Shown: piece by piece, positions 19,273-28,781 of the stretch | How the letters are laid out: every line of letters begins with the position of its first letter | Position numbering within the stretch: position 1 is the first letter of the stretch | Assembly: GCA_964470965.1 (NCBI GenBank) | Contig: CAYYIS010000008.1 | Coordinates: 30,731-94,730, forward strand | DNA: 64,000 nucleotides | Reading direction: 5' to 3' | Source of the DNA: an uncultured Gemmatimonadota bacterium | Lineage (GTDB): Bacteria > JAAXHH01 > JABIQT01 | Position numbers and translations under genes: made by a program | The notes under the pieces: generated by a model | What the model was told of the DNA's origin: nothing | Database searches by the model: none | The model's input: the letters and a program-made list of their open reading frames with translations, nothing else

Positions 19273-19715
19273 TCAGGTGTCACGATTCACACCGTCGCAA
19301 TACGAGTTCTCCTGCCCTGCCAACCTGTGTATCGCTGGCCCCGCCTCCGGTGCGGTTAACTTGGTGTCGAGATCCTTAATGCGACCATCTTTTAAACCGT
19401 AGATCCACCCGTGCATGGAAAGCAAACATTGATATGTTTGAACCTTGAGGACTTCCACGGCGTGCTGCAACACTGACAGACAATTAAAATCCGTATGCAA
19501 CATCCGATTTGCTATGTTGCGGTGCACAAATACCTCTTCCGGTTTCAACTCCAAGATCTGATTTGGCGGAACCCGGCTGTCGGCACAATCAACCCAGAAA
19601 TATTCCGGTGTCCGCTGTTGGGCAATTTTTTAAACATATCCGGTGTTTCATCTATGACACCTTCCGCCTACTTTTCGTTTTTTTCCAAGAGTTGATTCAA
19701 AGATTTGAGTGACAT
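19273..19715 (-). pseudogene. Beta-class carbonic anhydrase pseudogene: nonsense codon, 1-bp deletion in a poly-A run, and a ~85-codon internal deletion removing the Zn ligands
   Basis: Minus-strand reading gives [33 protein letters not shown], then a frame shift, then [61 protein letters not shown] joined directly to [16 protein letters not shown]. The E. coli Can/CynT block containing HYGCGG is missing. Its ATG overlaps the upstream gene's stop (TAATG). Confidence 0.7.
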
Positions 19716-22375
19716 TATGGTAGATTTCTGTTCTTGGGTAAACTCAACAAATTTGAGAATATCCTATAGGCTCCCGGTACTCCAGCCGGAAGCTGACGAA
19801 ACCAAGCATAGCCGGTGTATATGTAAAATCCTTCCCCATAACGCGCCTCTACAAGACCGCCTGCCTTCGGTTCTTCACCCGGATCCTGTGACGCCATCAG
19901 CGGGGTATACCGATCGTCCCATTCACCAAAAAAATACAACCCTCGTTCCTGCACCCACCCATCAAAATCTTTTTTCGAAATCTTGTTCGGAATATTAAAA
20001 ACAGGATGGTTTGGCTCCAATATTTCAACAGGTGCATCTTCTCTTGTGACCCTATCGTGCGGCCTGCTAATATGGGCCGGATAGGGACTGAACTGAGTGC
20101 GGTTGAAAACGTACTGATTATATTGTACGATGTAAGTACCGCCGTTCCGTACAAATTCTAAAAGCCGGTGGTTGAACGCTACCAAATCTTCCCGCACCGC
20201 ATAGGCCCGAATACCTGAAATAATAACGTCATAAGCCTCCAGATCCCCACTCGAAAGCTCGTTCGTGTCCAACAAATGAACTTCGACCCCCAGTTGCGCC
20301 AGAGATGCGGGGATACCGTCTCCGGCCCCCACGATATAACCTACGTTTAATCCTTCGGCAATCTCAACTTCAAACACTTTGACTTCAGAAACCGCATCTC
20401 GGTACAGGTGATGTGGATTAATATGGGGATAGCTGATCTCCACGTACCCCTCCCGATACTCTTTTCCATCCCATTCCGCCACTGCATTAAAGAAATAGGT
20501 GCCGCTTTGTATGGAAGGTGACGGCATTACTTCGAAGATGAGGGTAGTCTCCTCATTTTCACGGTTGAAGTCGAACGGATAACCAGCTGGATTCACAGTC
20601 CATCCATCCGGTACTTCGAGTCGTATGTTCGCGGCAGCGGGCCCGGGTACATTATTACGGACCGTCACCTGGAATGGTCGCGACCGCTTCTCGCGGGATA
20701 CGGGGACAACTGCGTTTTCAGGGGTCAGCCTTACGGATAAAGCCGGAGCGATCATGAGCGGACGGCGGATCTCCCCTATGGCCTGATCCGCATACCGGTA
20801 TTCTGCCGGCTGCACGATCTCAATCGTTGTGCTATCGACCATAAACACGGCATGGCCGACCACCCCGGTCGGACGCCACGGCAGCCCTATCATATCATCG
20901 GAATCCACTACGACTGTACTGGCATATTTCGATTCCCGTCTCCAGTAGGGCTTACTGGTACGGGCGTAATCGCTGACTGTCACGGAAACCGGGTTGTCCA
21001 TCTGCTGGTTGTACCCCAGCGGATTTTTAATGACATCTCCGGATTTAATCTTCCATGTTTCCGGTGTTTCGAGCCAGGTCGCAACCGGTATGATCGGGAT
21101 TCTGCTGCGGTTTAACAACTGCAGGTTCACCCCGAATGTGCTGCCTGGGATCACCACCGGATCGTCCACGAGCACCTCGAAGGACAAACCGAGGGCCAGT
21201 GAGACCACATCAACAAAGTCCTGTTCTTTGAGATCTGAAAGAAACAGCAGGTAGTCTTTATCAGCCGCATCTATATGGCTCATCACAATATTGCGACGAA
21301 CATTGCGGAGGTGCTGCAAGCCTCTTAGGGTGGCGGGCAAGACGGTTGAGGGCTCGAAAGGACGGTAGGCTTCAATAGCCTCACGCGCGGCCATGTCGGT
21401 TAATTCCAGCGTGGGCGCGATCATACGATTGAATGAAACGTCATCGGATACATTAGCGAACCGCATGAATGAAGTATCGATACCATCGAACAAGGATCTG
21501 TCGCGTGTGTCTGGCGGAACTTCAGTGGTCCGTTCCACCAGCTTGATTTTGGTGGTTGCGGGCCCTTTACGCTGAATGGACCCCATATCCTGTGACCGGT
21601 GCTGGCTGCGGCCGGCAAGGCCTATTTCTTGATAGGACCTCTGGTATATGGGGCTGTATTCGCCGGTATTAATAAGAAGGGAATCCAAACTTTCAAAAGA
21701 AGCGCGCGTGTTGCTTATATACAGTTTACCGGCCTGCCATGGATGCAGTCCCTGTGCGATCTGATCCGGAAACTGGTCAGGATCTGCTGCTACCCGAAAG
21801 GCCTCACGGGTCGTAATGCCTGCCGCCTGATGCTGCCCGTGCCCGTCCCGTGGGGAACCCGCGAACACAGATACTATCACATCGGGACGAAAACGGCGGA
21901 TAATCCGAACCACATCATCAAGAAGCAGGTCTCGCCCCCACAGTTCGAACGCTTCGTCTGCGTTCTTGGAAAATCCATAGTCAAATGCCCTGGTAAAAAA
22001 CTGTTCCGCACCATCAAATTTACGCGCTGCCAGCAGCTCATCCGTACGGATCGCTCCGATGCCGTCATATAACTCGGGTCCAATCAGGTTCTGGCCGCCC
22101 TCTCCCCTGTTCAGGGCCATGTAAGCAGTCCGCACATGCATGCCCCTGCTTACATAAGCCAACAGGGAACTCCCCTCATCATCCGGATGGGCACCCGTAT
22201 GAAGCATGCTGGCTACCACCGGAAGCTTCTGAAGCGCCTGTGCCAGGGTAGCAGCACCACGACTATCGGGCAGGGGACGGGCAAGTCCTGCTTTTGCGTC
22301 GAAAATTGTGGAAGGCAGCAAAAGGCACAGGCACAAAGGTGTCGCCCAAGAAAGATTTGCCCATACACGAGTCAT
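19715..22375 (-). CDS. PIG-L/LmbE-family N-acetylglucosaminyl deacetylase fused to a C-terminal ThuA/class-I-glutamine-amidotransferase-like domain, secreted
   Basis: The LmbE signature 'HTGAHPDDE' lies near the N-terminus after a signal peptide (start taken at MTRVWANLSWATPLCLCLL). A C-terminal 'GYIVGAGDGIPASL...YDVIISGIRAY' ThuA-like fold. 886 aa from this start. Confidence 0.65.
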   Translation of the reverse strand: MTRVWANLSWATPLCLCLLLPSTIFDAKAGLARPLPDSRGAATLAQALQKLPVVASMLHTGAHPDDEGSSLLAYVSRGMHVRTAYMALNRGEGGQNLIGPELYDGIGAIRTDELLAARKFDGAEQFFTRAFDYGFSKNADEAFELWGRDLLLDDVVRIIRRFRPDVIVSVFAGSPRDGHGQHQAAGITTREAFRVAADPDQFPDQIAQGLHPWQAGKLYISNTRASFESLDSLLINTGEYSPIYQRSYQEIGLAGRSQHRSQDMGSIQRKGPATTKIKLVERTTEVPPDTRDRSLFDGIDTSFMRFANVSDDVSFNRMIAPTLELTDMAAREAIEAYRPFEPSTVLPATLRGLQHLRNVRRNIVMSHIDAADKDYLLFLSDLKEQDFVDVVSLALGLSFEVLVDDPVVIPGSTFGVNLQLLNRSRIPIIPVATWLETPETWKIKSGDVIKNPLGYNQQMDNPVSVTVSDYARTSKPYWRRESKYASTVVVDSDDMIGLPWRPTGVVGHAVFMVDSTTIEIVQPAEYRYADQAIGEIRRPLMIAPALSVRLTPENAVVPVSREKRSRPFQVTVRNNVPGPAAANIRLEVPDGWTVNPAGYPFDFNRENEETTLIFEVMPSPSIQSGTYFFNAVAEWDGKEYREGYVEISYPHINPHHLYRDAVSEVKVFEVEIAEGLNVGYIVGAGDGIPASLAQLGVEVHLLDTNELSSGDLEAYDVIISGIRAYAVREDLVAFNHRLLEFVRNGGTYIVQYNQYVFNRTQFSPYPAHISRPHDRVTREDAPVEILEPNHPVFNIPNKISKKDFDGWVQERGLYFFGEWDDRYTPLMASQDPGEEPKAGGLVEARYGEGFYIYTGYAWFRQLPAGVPGAYRIFSNLLSLPKNRNLP

Positions 22376-22380
22376 ACAAG

Positions 22381-23178
22381 CTATCCTTTCCCGTCGGGCA
22401 GGGAACGCCGGTAAAGCCATAGGAATCCAGCCAACACGACGCAGATCATTGCCAGGACCCATCCAAACCTGCGACGCGTGCTGACTTCCTCTCTGACCAA
22501 GAGGAGTTCCTTGTCCACGTTTTTCAGACTGTCCCTGAATGAATCTGCCATCGGAATGAGAGTATCGAACAAAAACACGTGTGAAGCCTGTTCCCTGTAT
22601 GTGTTTCTGATTCGGTCTAGCTTGCCGAGTATCGGATCTACCGGCACCCCGGTAGGCAGTAATTCCAATGCAGCCATCCTCGTCTCCGCAATCGGGTCCA
22701 GGATGCCATTGACCGCCGTAACGAATTGATCGAGCGTCGCATTTTCATGGCAGTCTTCACAATTATCCGGAATCGAAATTTCCGCTACCTGGGGCTGGCG
22801 GATGATATGGCTGCCATGACAATCGATACAACTGGGCCAAAGGCCTCCCGCCAATCCGTGGGGACTCGCAAGGTAATTAGTCATCTGGATCTGATGACAT
22901 GTACCGCACACTTGGTGGACTTGATCGGGCTGCAGTTCCCCCTTGAATCCGGCTTCCAAGTCATGGGAAATCTCCTTTACCATGGAAGCGGCGGAACCGC
23001 CATGGCACTCCTGACACGCTATGCCGGCCATCTGATGAACGCTTCCCCGCCATTCCGGGACAGGAGCGGCCATCGCCTCCTGTTCCAGGGCGGCATGGCA
23101 GAGCACACAGGCATTTGAAGATTGGGCCGCTACTGTCGCAGGTAGCAGAAACACTAGGAAGAGCATCAGATTAAGCAT
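22381..23178 (-). CDS. Pentahaem c-type cytochrome, membrane-anchored
   Basis: 265 aa with five CxxCH motifs (CVLCH, CQECH, CGTCH, CIDCH, CEDCH). N-terminal signal and a C-terminal TM helix. Immediately downstream of the cytochrome b gene. Confidence 0.8.
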   Translation of the reverse strand: MLNLMLFLVFLLPATVAAQSSNACVLCHAALEQEAMAAPVPEWRGSVHQMAGIACQECHGGSAASMVKEISHDLEAGFKGELQPDQVHQVCGTCHQIQMTNYLASPHGLAGGLWPSCIDCHGSHIIRQPQVAEISIPDNCEDCHENATLDQFVTAVNGILDPIAETRMAALELLPTGVPVDPILGKLDRIRNTYREQASHVFLFDTLIPMADSFRDSLKNVDKELLLVREEVSTRRRFGWVLAMICVVLAGFLWLYRRSLPDGKG

Positions 23179-23183
23179 AGCTT

Positions 23184-24338
23184 TTAAGGCTCCACTATGA
23201 TCTGGGGCAATCCGTATACGTCGAAATGGTACTTCGTGCCTAATATGATCTGATCCGTGTCCGAAATATGCCCCAGGACACCCAGCGCGATCGTGAAGCC
23301 AATGAAGAGTATACCAGCTACAATGGCCACCGGACGCTTACCCGGATGTCTTTCAGGCGAGCGATCCCAAAACGGCAACAAAAGCAGTGCAAGGATTACG
23401 ATGCCAGTGCCTAAAAGCCCTATCAGTTCCGGGAAAAACTTCAACACCTGGTACAGCGGTAGAAAATACCACTCCGGTTTCACACCCAGTGGCGTATTGA
23501 AGGGATCCGCCTTGTCCTCCAGCGGCACTGGATAATACACGACCATGAGAATCATGGTTGCGATTATTAGCAACACCATAATCGATTCTTTGAGGACATG
23601 CTGTGGAAAAAACGGCTTGCCCCCTCTCCGGGTAAGTTCCTCGGAGTTGGGTTCGGGGGTGTCGGTGCTGTCCAGCGTCGAGATGCCCAGATACCGAATC
23701 AGGAACAGGTGAACGCCCACGAGCAACATAAACACCCAGGGAAGAACGATCACATGCACCGTGAAGAAGCGGGTCAATGTCGATTCCGATACGATCTCCC
23801 CGCCGCGCAGGATCAGGAGGGTGTGCTCACCAACGATGGGCACTGCGCCGGCAATTTCGGTACCAACCACCGTGGCCCAGTAGGAGACCTGGTCCCAGGG
23901 CAGCAGGTAGCCTGTGAATCCAAACATCATGGTGACACCCAGCAGAGCGAACCCGAATAACCAGGTAACCTCTCTCGGTTTTTTATATCCTCCGTAAAAA
24001 TAAACGCGTACCACGTGCAACAGCAGGAAAGCGATCATGAAATTAGCGCCGTAGACATGGGACTGGCGCATCAACCATCCGAAAGGGACTTTCTCCATGA
24101 TAAACTTAATGCTGTCGTAGGCCGTGCTTGCGGATGCTTCGTAGTATATCATCAATAGCAGGCCTGATATGGCCTGGGTAATGAAAAATGCGAACGTGAT
24201 CGTTCCAAAGGAAAACAACCAGTTCACATGCTTCGGAACGGGTTTGGTTAGGTGTTTACGGGCGAAGTCGATGGCAGCGGAGAGTTCCATCCGCTCCTCG
24301 ATCCATTCGTAAAGCCATCGTATTAGACGTCCCGCCAT
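23184..24338 (-). CDS. Cytochrome b subunit of a Rieske/cyt b (bc-type) complex
   Basis: 384 aa. Haem-ligand His pairs in TM helices ('VRVYFYGG', 'HLFLIRY'), 'PEWYFLP' and 'DKADPFNTP' motifs typical of cytochrome b/b6 with fused subunit IV. Confidence 0.85.
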   Translation of the reverse strand: MAGRLIRWLYEWIEERMELSAAIDFARKHLTKPVPKHVNWLFSFGTITFAFFITQAISGLLLMIYYEASASTAYDSIKFIMEKVPFGWLMRQSHVYGANFMIAFLLLHVVRVYFYGGYKKPREVTWLFGFALLGVTMMFGFTGYLLPWDQVSYWATVVGTEIAGAVPIVGEHTLLILRGGEIVSESTLTRFFTVHVIVLPWVFMLLVGVHLFLIRYLGISTLDSTDTPEPNSEELTRRGGKPFFPQHVLKESIMVLLIIATMILMVVYYPVPLEDKADPFNTPLGVKPEWYFLPLYQVLKFFPELIGLLGTGIVILALLLLPFWDRSPERHPGKRPVAIVAGILFIGFTIALGVLGHISDTDQIILGTKYHFDVYGLPQIIVEP

Positions 24339-24342
24339 AAGT

Positions 24343-24813
24343 TTATGCTCCGAGCACGACTTTATCGCCGATTACACTGACACCGAGCCGCACCAGCGGG
24401 ACCGGTGGCGGCCCACCTGTAACCTGTCCCTTTATATCGAAGCGGCCACCGTGACAAGGACAGATAAATTCCTGGTTTTTCTGCACCCATTTCACAGCAC
24501 ACCCCAGATGTGAACATGTCGCCATGAACGCGACAAATCCGTCCGGTCCGTTCACTACCAGCGCCGGTCGACCCCGATAGGTCACAACCTTGGCGGCGCC
24601 GGTCGGCAGTTCGGCCAGATCGATCTCGACCTTGCTGACACCTTTCGCTTCCGGCGGCGGCTCAATGTACCTTATCACAGGATATAGGAAACTCATCAGG
24701 CCCAGGCTGCTTATCAGCCCCATACACCTGGCCAGGAAACGGCGGCGCACTTCATATTTCGTAGGAGAACCTGTGGACGGCATAACGTCGTCCGGCGAAT
24801 TTAGCTGACCCAT
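24343..24813 (-). CDS. Rieske [2Fe-2S] iron-sulfur protein with Tat signal
   Basis: 156 aa. Rieske boxes 'CSHLGCAV' and 'CPCHGGRF'. Twin-arginine motif 'RRRFLARC' near the N-terminus. Confidence 0.85.
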   Translation of the reverse strand: MGQLNSPDDVMPSTGSPTKYEVRRRFLARCMGLISSLGLMSFLYPVIRYIEPPPEAKGVSKVEIDLAELPTGAAKVVTYRGRPALVVNGPDGFVAFMATCSHLGCAVKWVQKNQEFICPCHGGRFDIKGQVTGGPPPVPLVRLGVSVIGDKVVLGA

Positions 24814-25448
24814 GGGAATGGTAGCTCCATCTATACACCGGTAGTTGATTACCTTAGGTTACCGTACCATAAATTGCACGATAACGTAATCGAAAAACCT
24901 GTCTCTTGTCAACCTTTTTTGCAGGCTTGAATCGATTGGATGCGCCTAATTTTCCACTTGACTTTTTGGGTATATCAGTCCATCATGCATTGAGATTTCC
25001 GCCTAAAATCCGTTCTGCTCCACAACGGGTGCCCGGACCGGGATTTTTTTCCTGGCAACGCTTATGTCTTATCTCCACCTCCTCGGAAACGACCGTTGTT
25101 TTTGCGGTTGTAGAGGCAGGTTTTTCCGGGGAAGGGCATCGAGCGGGTTCGGCGGGCACAGACAACATCTTGACCAGCCTACAACTGATATCATTGTACT
25201 GAACCTGGTCATACCCGAATTGGACAGCAGGCGGGGCCTCGCATGATTCGAGGAACAGGTGCCACATATTCACGTGGTGATCTAATTGACATATCCGGTG
25301 TTTGAGAACCGGTACCTGACCAGACCGGCCGATCCCTGCGCGGTCAAATCACCAGACCTCACCGAATGGATGGGAACACGCCACAACATTTCGTTGTTCT
25401 TCAGAATTTCAATCGGCAATAGCACGACAGACCGCGACTCAACCATCT

Positions 25449-26429
25449 ATGAGAATCCGCCAGAACTACTTCTCTTTCATCGGCCTCCTGTGCTTTATGA
25501 CCGGCATTTCCTGTGCCGTATCTCAAACGGTTACATTCATGATGCCGCGGCCTCCGCTGGTCAACCTGCTGGAATCCAGACCGATCGCCAGCATGGGTTT
25601 CAACGGGGACAACCTCCAGCTGAACTCCCAGCTTGACTTCCTACTCTCAAGACTGCTCATAGCAGACTCCACCATCGCTCTGATCGATCCGGTCAAGGTG
25701 TTGCAGGCTCTTTCGGGCCAGGCTTATATGGCCGGAATGATTTCCGATACCCTTGCCGTAAAAGCGGGGAGAACCGTGGGTGCTGATGCAGTCCTGCTCG
25801 GGGAATTTTCCACCAGGTTCACGGAAGAATATGGCGAAGAGAAGAAGTTCCGTACCTCGGAGGCCTTCGGACCTTCAAGCCAGGGTACCCAGATCCGCCT
25901 CGCACAGGTGGCATATCAGGAACCGTTTATAAACCAGGTGGTTACCCTTACCGCCGTTATTCAGGTCCTGGAGGTAGCAACCGGTCGGCGTATCGGGTCC
26001 GACAGGGTGGTTGTAGTGGATTCACTGCATCTCGTGTTGCCTACTATAGTGGAGGAGCCGCCCGATGGTCCCGTTGAGGTGCCGCGGGTAACGCCCAGGC
26101 TGGTTGATCGAGCTATGGTCGCCCTGTCACGGCAGTTAAAAGAAAGATTTTCATGGCACAGTGTTCGGACAACAAGATACATGGCGCGGAAAGTGATGGA
26201 TGGCGATATCGGCCTGACAGCCGCGCTCGGTGGCAACTGGAACAAAGCTAGGATGATCTGGGAGCAGGCGGTCCGGGAGAATCCGGACAATGCCGGCGCC
26301 TGGAACAACCTGGCCATAGCATACGAACAGGCCGGGCGGCAGAAAGAGGCCCAGGAAGCGTACAATCGTGCGCAAAGACTCGGTCCGGATGATCCGACGA
26401 TCCGTCAGAACAGAGGTGGACAGAGGTGA
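25449..26429 (+). CDS. Lipoprotein with C-terminal TPR repeats, function unknown
   Basis: 326 aa. Signal and lipobox (LLCFMTGISC). C-terminal 'AGAWNNLAIAYEQAGRQKEAQEAYNRAQRL' TPR. Confidence 0.5.
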   Translation: MRIRQNYFSFIGLLCFMTGISCAVSQTVTFMMPRPPLVNLLESRPIASMGFNGDNLQLNSQLDFLLSRLLIADSTIALIDPVKVLQALSGQAYMAGMISDTLAVKAGRTVGADAVLLGEFSTRFTEEYGEEKKFRTSEAFGPSSQGTQIRLAQVAYQEPFINQVVTLTAVIQVLEVATGRRIGSDRVVVVDSLHLVLPTIVEEPPDGPVEVPRVTPRLVDRAMVALSRQLKERFSWHSVRTTRYMARKVMDGDIGLTAALGGNWNKARMIWEQAVRENPDNAGAWNNLAIAYEQAGRQKEAQEAYNRAQRLGPDDPTIRQNRGGQR

Positions 26430-26488
26430 GGGTGTACGAACTGTAGAAGATCGGACTCATGACGGAGAGGTTATCCCCACCATCATTT

Positions 26489-27541
26489 CTACAGGGCCAC
26501 CTCCCTGCCTTCGTCCTGACTCCTGTAGATACCATCTAGTATGGATAAGACCTGTAGCGATTGTTCAGCCGGAACGGGTGATGGTGCCCCTGAGGCAACG
26601 GCTCTGGCGAATTCCACACATTCCTGCGCGTGAGGCTCAAGTTTGTCCCCGGTTACCTTCAACAATGTATTGTAATGCTGCTTTGTTTCGTAATTCGTCT
26701 TGAGGATTTCGCAGGAAGGCCAGTGGCTGCCTCCATCGGTTCCATATAACCACATTTGCATGTCCTCGCCTTGCGTATCGTGGTGCAGCAACCAGCTTAC
26801 TTCCAGAATGAGTGTCGCCCCGTTTTCAAATCTGATAAACCCCGCCGCCATTTCCTCCACATCCATCTCTTTTGGAATCGCACCACCCCAAATACTGAAC
26901 GCGCCTTCTTTGCGGGCGAGCGTAGTCCGGGCAACACCGCTGCAAGCCACGGGGTTCGGGTTGCCCATCATCCAGAGGGTCAGATCCAGTATATGCACAC
27001 CGATATCGATGCAGGGACCACCGCCACTGTGTTTCTTGAGTACGAATCCGGGAGTTGTGGGGGCCGCAGCCCTCCGCAGCATCCACCCGCGGGCGTGGTA
27101 CACATCACCCAGAGCACCAGCGTCTATCTCCCGTTTGAGTGCCTGGGAATGTCCGTGAAACCTGAAATGCTGTGCGGTCATCAAGCATTTCCCGGAAGCA
27201 TCCCTGGCCGAGATCATATCCCTTATGTCCTCGGGTGTCGGCGCCAGGGGCTTCTCGCAGATTACATGCTTGCCACCGTTCAGAGCGGCGATGGCCAGCG
27301 GCGCGTGGTACATATTGGGCGTACAGATATCGATGATATCGATGTCGGGATCGCTGATGAGTCGCGCCGGGTCCGTAGTCAGGTTGGTGATGCCGTTCTT
27401 CTGTCCCCATGAATTTAGTACGGATTCGTTAACATCACTGCCGGCAATGAGCTCTGCATCCTCAGAGGCAGCCCAACCGGGAAGATGTGTGCCCGCTATA
27501 CCACCAACGCCTATGATGCCTACTTTTAGAGATTCGCCCAT
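26489..27541 (-). CDS. Gfo/Idh/MocA-family oxidoreductase
   Basis: 350 aa. 'LKVGIIGVGGIAGTH' Rossmann motif and 'EKPLAPTPEDIRDM'. Confidence 0.8.
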   Translation of the reverse strand: MGESLKVGIIGVGGIAGTHLPGWAASEDAELIAGSDVNESVLNSWGQKNGITNLTTDPARLISDPDIDIIDICTPNMYHAPLAIAALNGGKHVICEKPLAPTPEDIRDMISARDASGKCLMTAQHFRFHGHSQALKREIDAGALGDVYHARGWMLRRAAAPTTPGFVLKKHSGGGPCIDIGVHILDLTLWMMGNPNPVACSGVARTTLARKEGAFSIWGGAIPKEMDVEEMAAGFIRFENGATLILEVSWLLHHDTQGEDMQMWLYGTDGGSHWPSCEILKTNYETKQHYNTLLKVTGDKLEPHAQECVEFARAVASGAPSPVPAEQSLQVLSILDGIYRSQDEGREVAL

Positions 27542-27569
27542 GGTGCAAATTCCTTTCTGAAGTTTGTTA

Positions 27570-28592
27570 TCATCTCAAACGGATCATTTTACCCTGTTCC
27601 GCACTTTTATAAATGCCTTCCAGGATCTTCATCATTTCTAACCCCTGCTCACCGGTTGACATCGGTTCACGCCCTTCCTGTATGCAGTTCACCAGATGGG
27701 CGATCTCCGCGGCGATACAATCACCCCATGAACGAGGTCTGACCACCGGCGTGATGTCGACCAGTTCCCCATGCAACTCGGTAAAAACGGTGAGTTTGTC
27801 TCCGTGGATTTCCGCACCGCCTTTGGTTCCTATCAGCTTGACGTAGGATTGTTCCTGGGGCACATTTGTGGCCCAGCTCGCTTCCGCGACCAGAGTTGCG
27901 TCGCCATCAAGCTTGATGAATCCTACTGCCAGATCTTCCACATCGTAGTGGCCGCCTTTAACCGTATGGGCAAACTTTGAATAGACGGAGCCCTGAACTG
28001 TGTGTGGTTTGGGATTGCCCATCAACCAGCGTGTCAGGTCGATCATGTGCACGCCCAGGTCGATCAAGGGGCCACCGCCGGACCGTGCCTTGGTGGTAAA
28101 CCAACCTCCCGCTCCGGGGATCCCCCGCCGTCTCAGCCAGCCGGTTTTCGCATAATAGATTTCTCCCAGTTCACCCTGTTCGATCAACTTCTTCAAAATC
28201 TGAGCTTCTGTTCGAAAACGGTTATTGAGAGCAATCATGAGGTATCGTTTATAGCGTTTGGATGCATTGACCATCCGTTGTGCTTCCGCAGCGTTCATGG
28301 CCATGGGCTTCTCGCACAGCACATGGGCACCGGCCTTCAGTGAATCGATCGTCGCCGACGCATGCAGGTAGTTAGGCAGTGCCACACTGACCAGATCCGG
28401 TTCCAGCTTCAGGAGGTCGTGGTAGGAGTCACAGACATTCGGGATCCGATATTGATCGGAGGCTTCCTGTAGACGTTTTCTATCAAGATCCGCCACGCCG
28501 ACAATGTCTACCTGGCTGTTATCCGCATACCCCGCCAGATGATGCCGTCCCAGCCCGAGACCGATAATACCCACATTCAGTTTCCGTTCCAT
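27570..28592 (-). CDS. Gfo/Idh/MocA-family oxidoreductase
   Basis: 340 aa. 'LNVGIIGLGLGRHH' and 'EKPMAMNAAEAQRM'. Confidence 0.8.
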   Translation of the reverse strand: MERKLNVGIIGLGLGRHHLAGYADNSQVDIVGVADLDRKRLQEASDQYRIPNVCDSYHDLLKLEPDLVSVALPNYLHASATIDSLKAGAHVLCEKPMAMNAAEAQRMVNASKRYKRYLMIALNNRFRTEAQILKKLIEQGELGEIYYAKTGWLRRRGIPGAGGWFTTKARSGGGPLIDLGVHMIDLTRWLMGNPKPHTVQGSVYSKFAHTVKGGHYDVEDLAVGFIKLDGDATLVAEASWATNVPQEQSYVKLIGTKGGAEIHGDKLTVFTELHGELVDITPVVRPRSWGDCIAAEIAHLVNCIQEGREPMSTGEQGLEMMKILEGIYKSAEQGKMIRLR

Positions 28593-28781
28593 GGGAACTC
28601 CCTGAGATTGGTTCGTTCTTGATTCCCCTAGGTGTCAACGATTGCTTAGCAAACCTTTGAAAAATCTTCCCTGTTACAACGATCCAATTAAATTTTGATC
28701 CCCAGAATTCGACGCGTACCTATTGGGCAACACACTACGATCCCCGGTCAGACGGGATCGTGAATTGTCGAGGGTTGGCAG

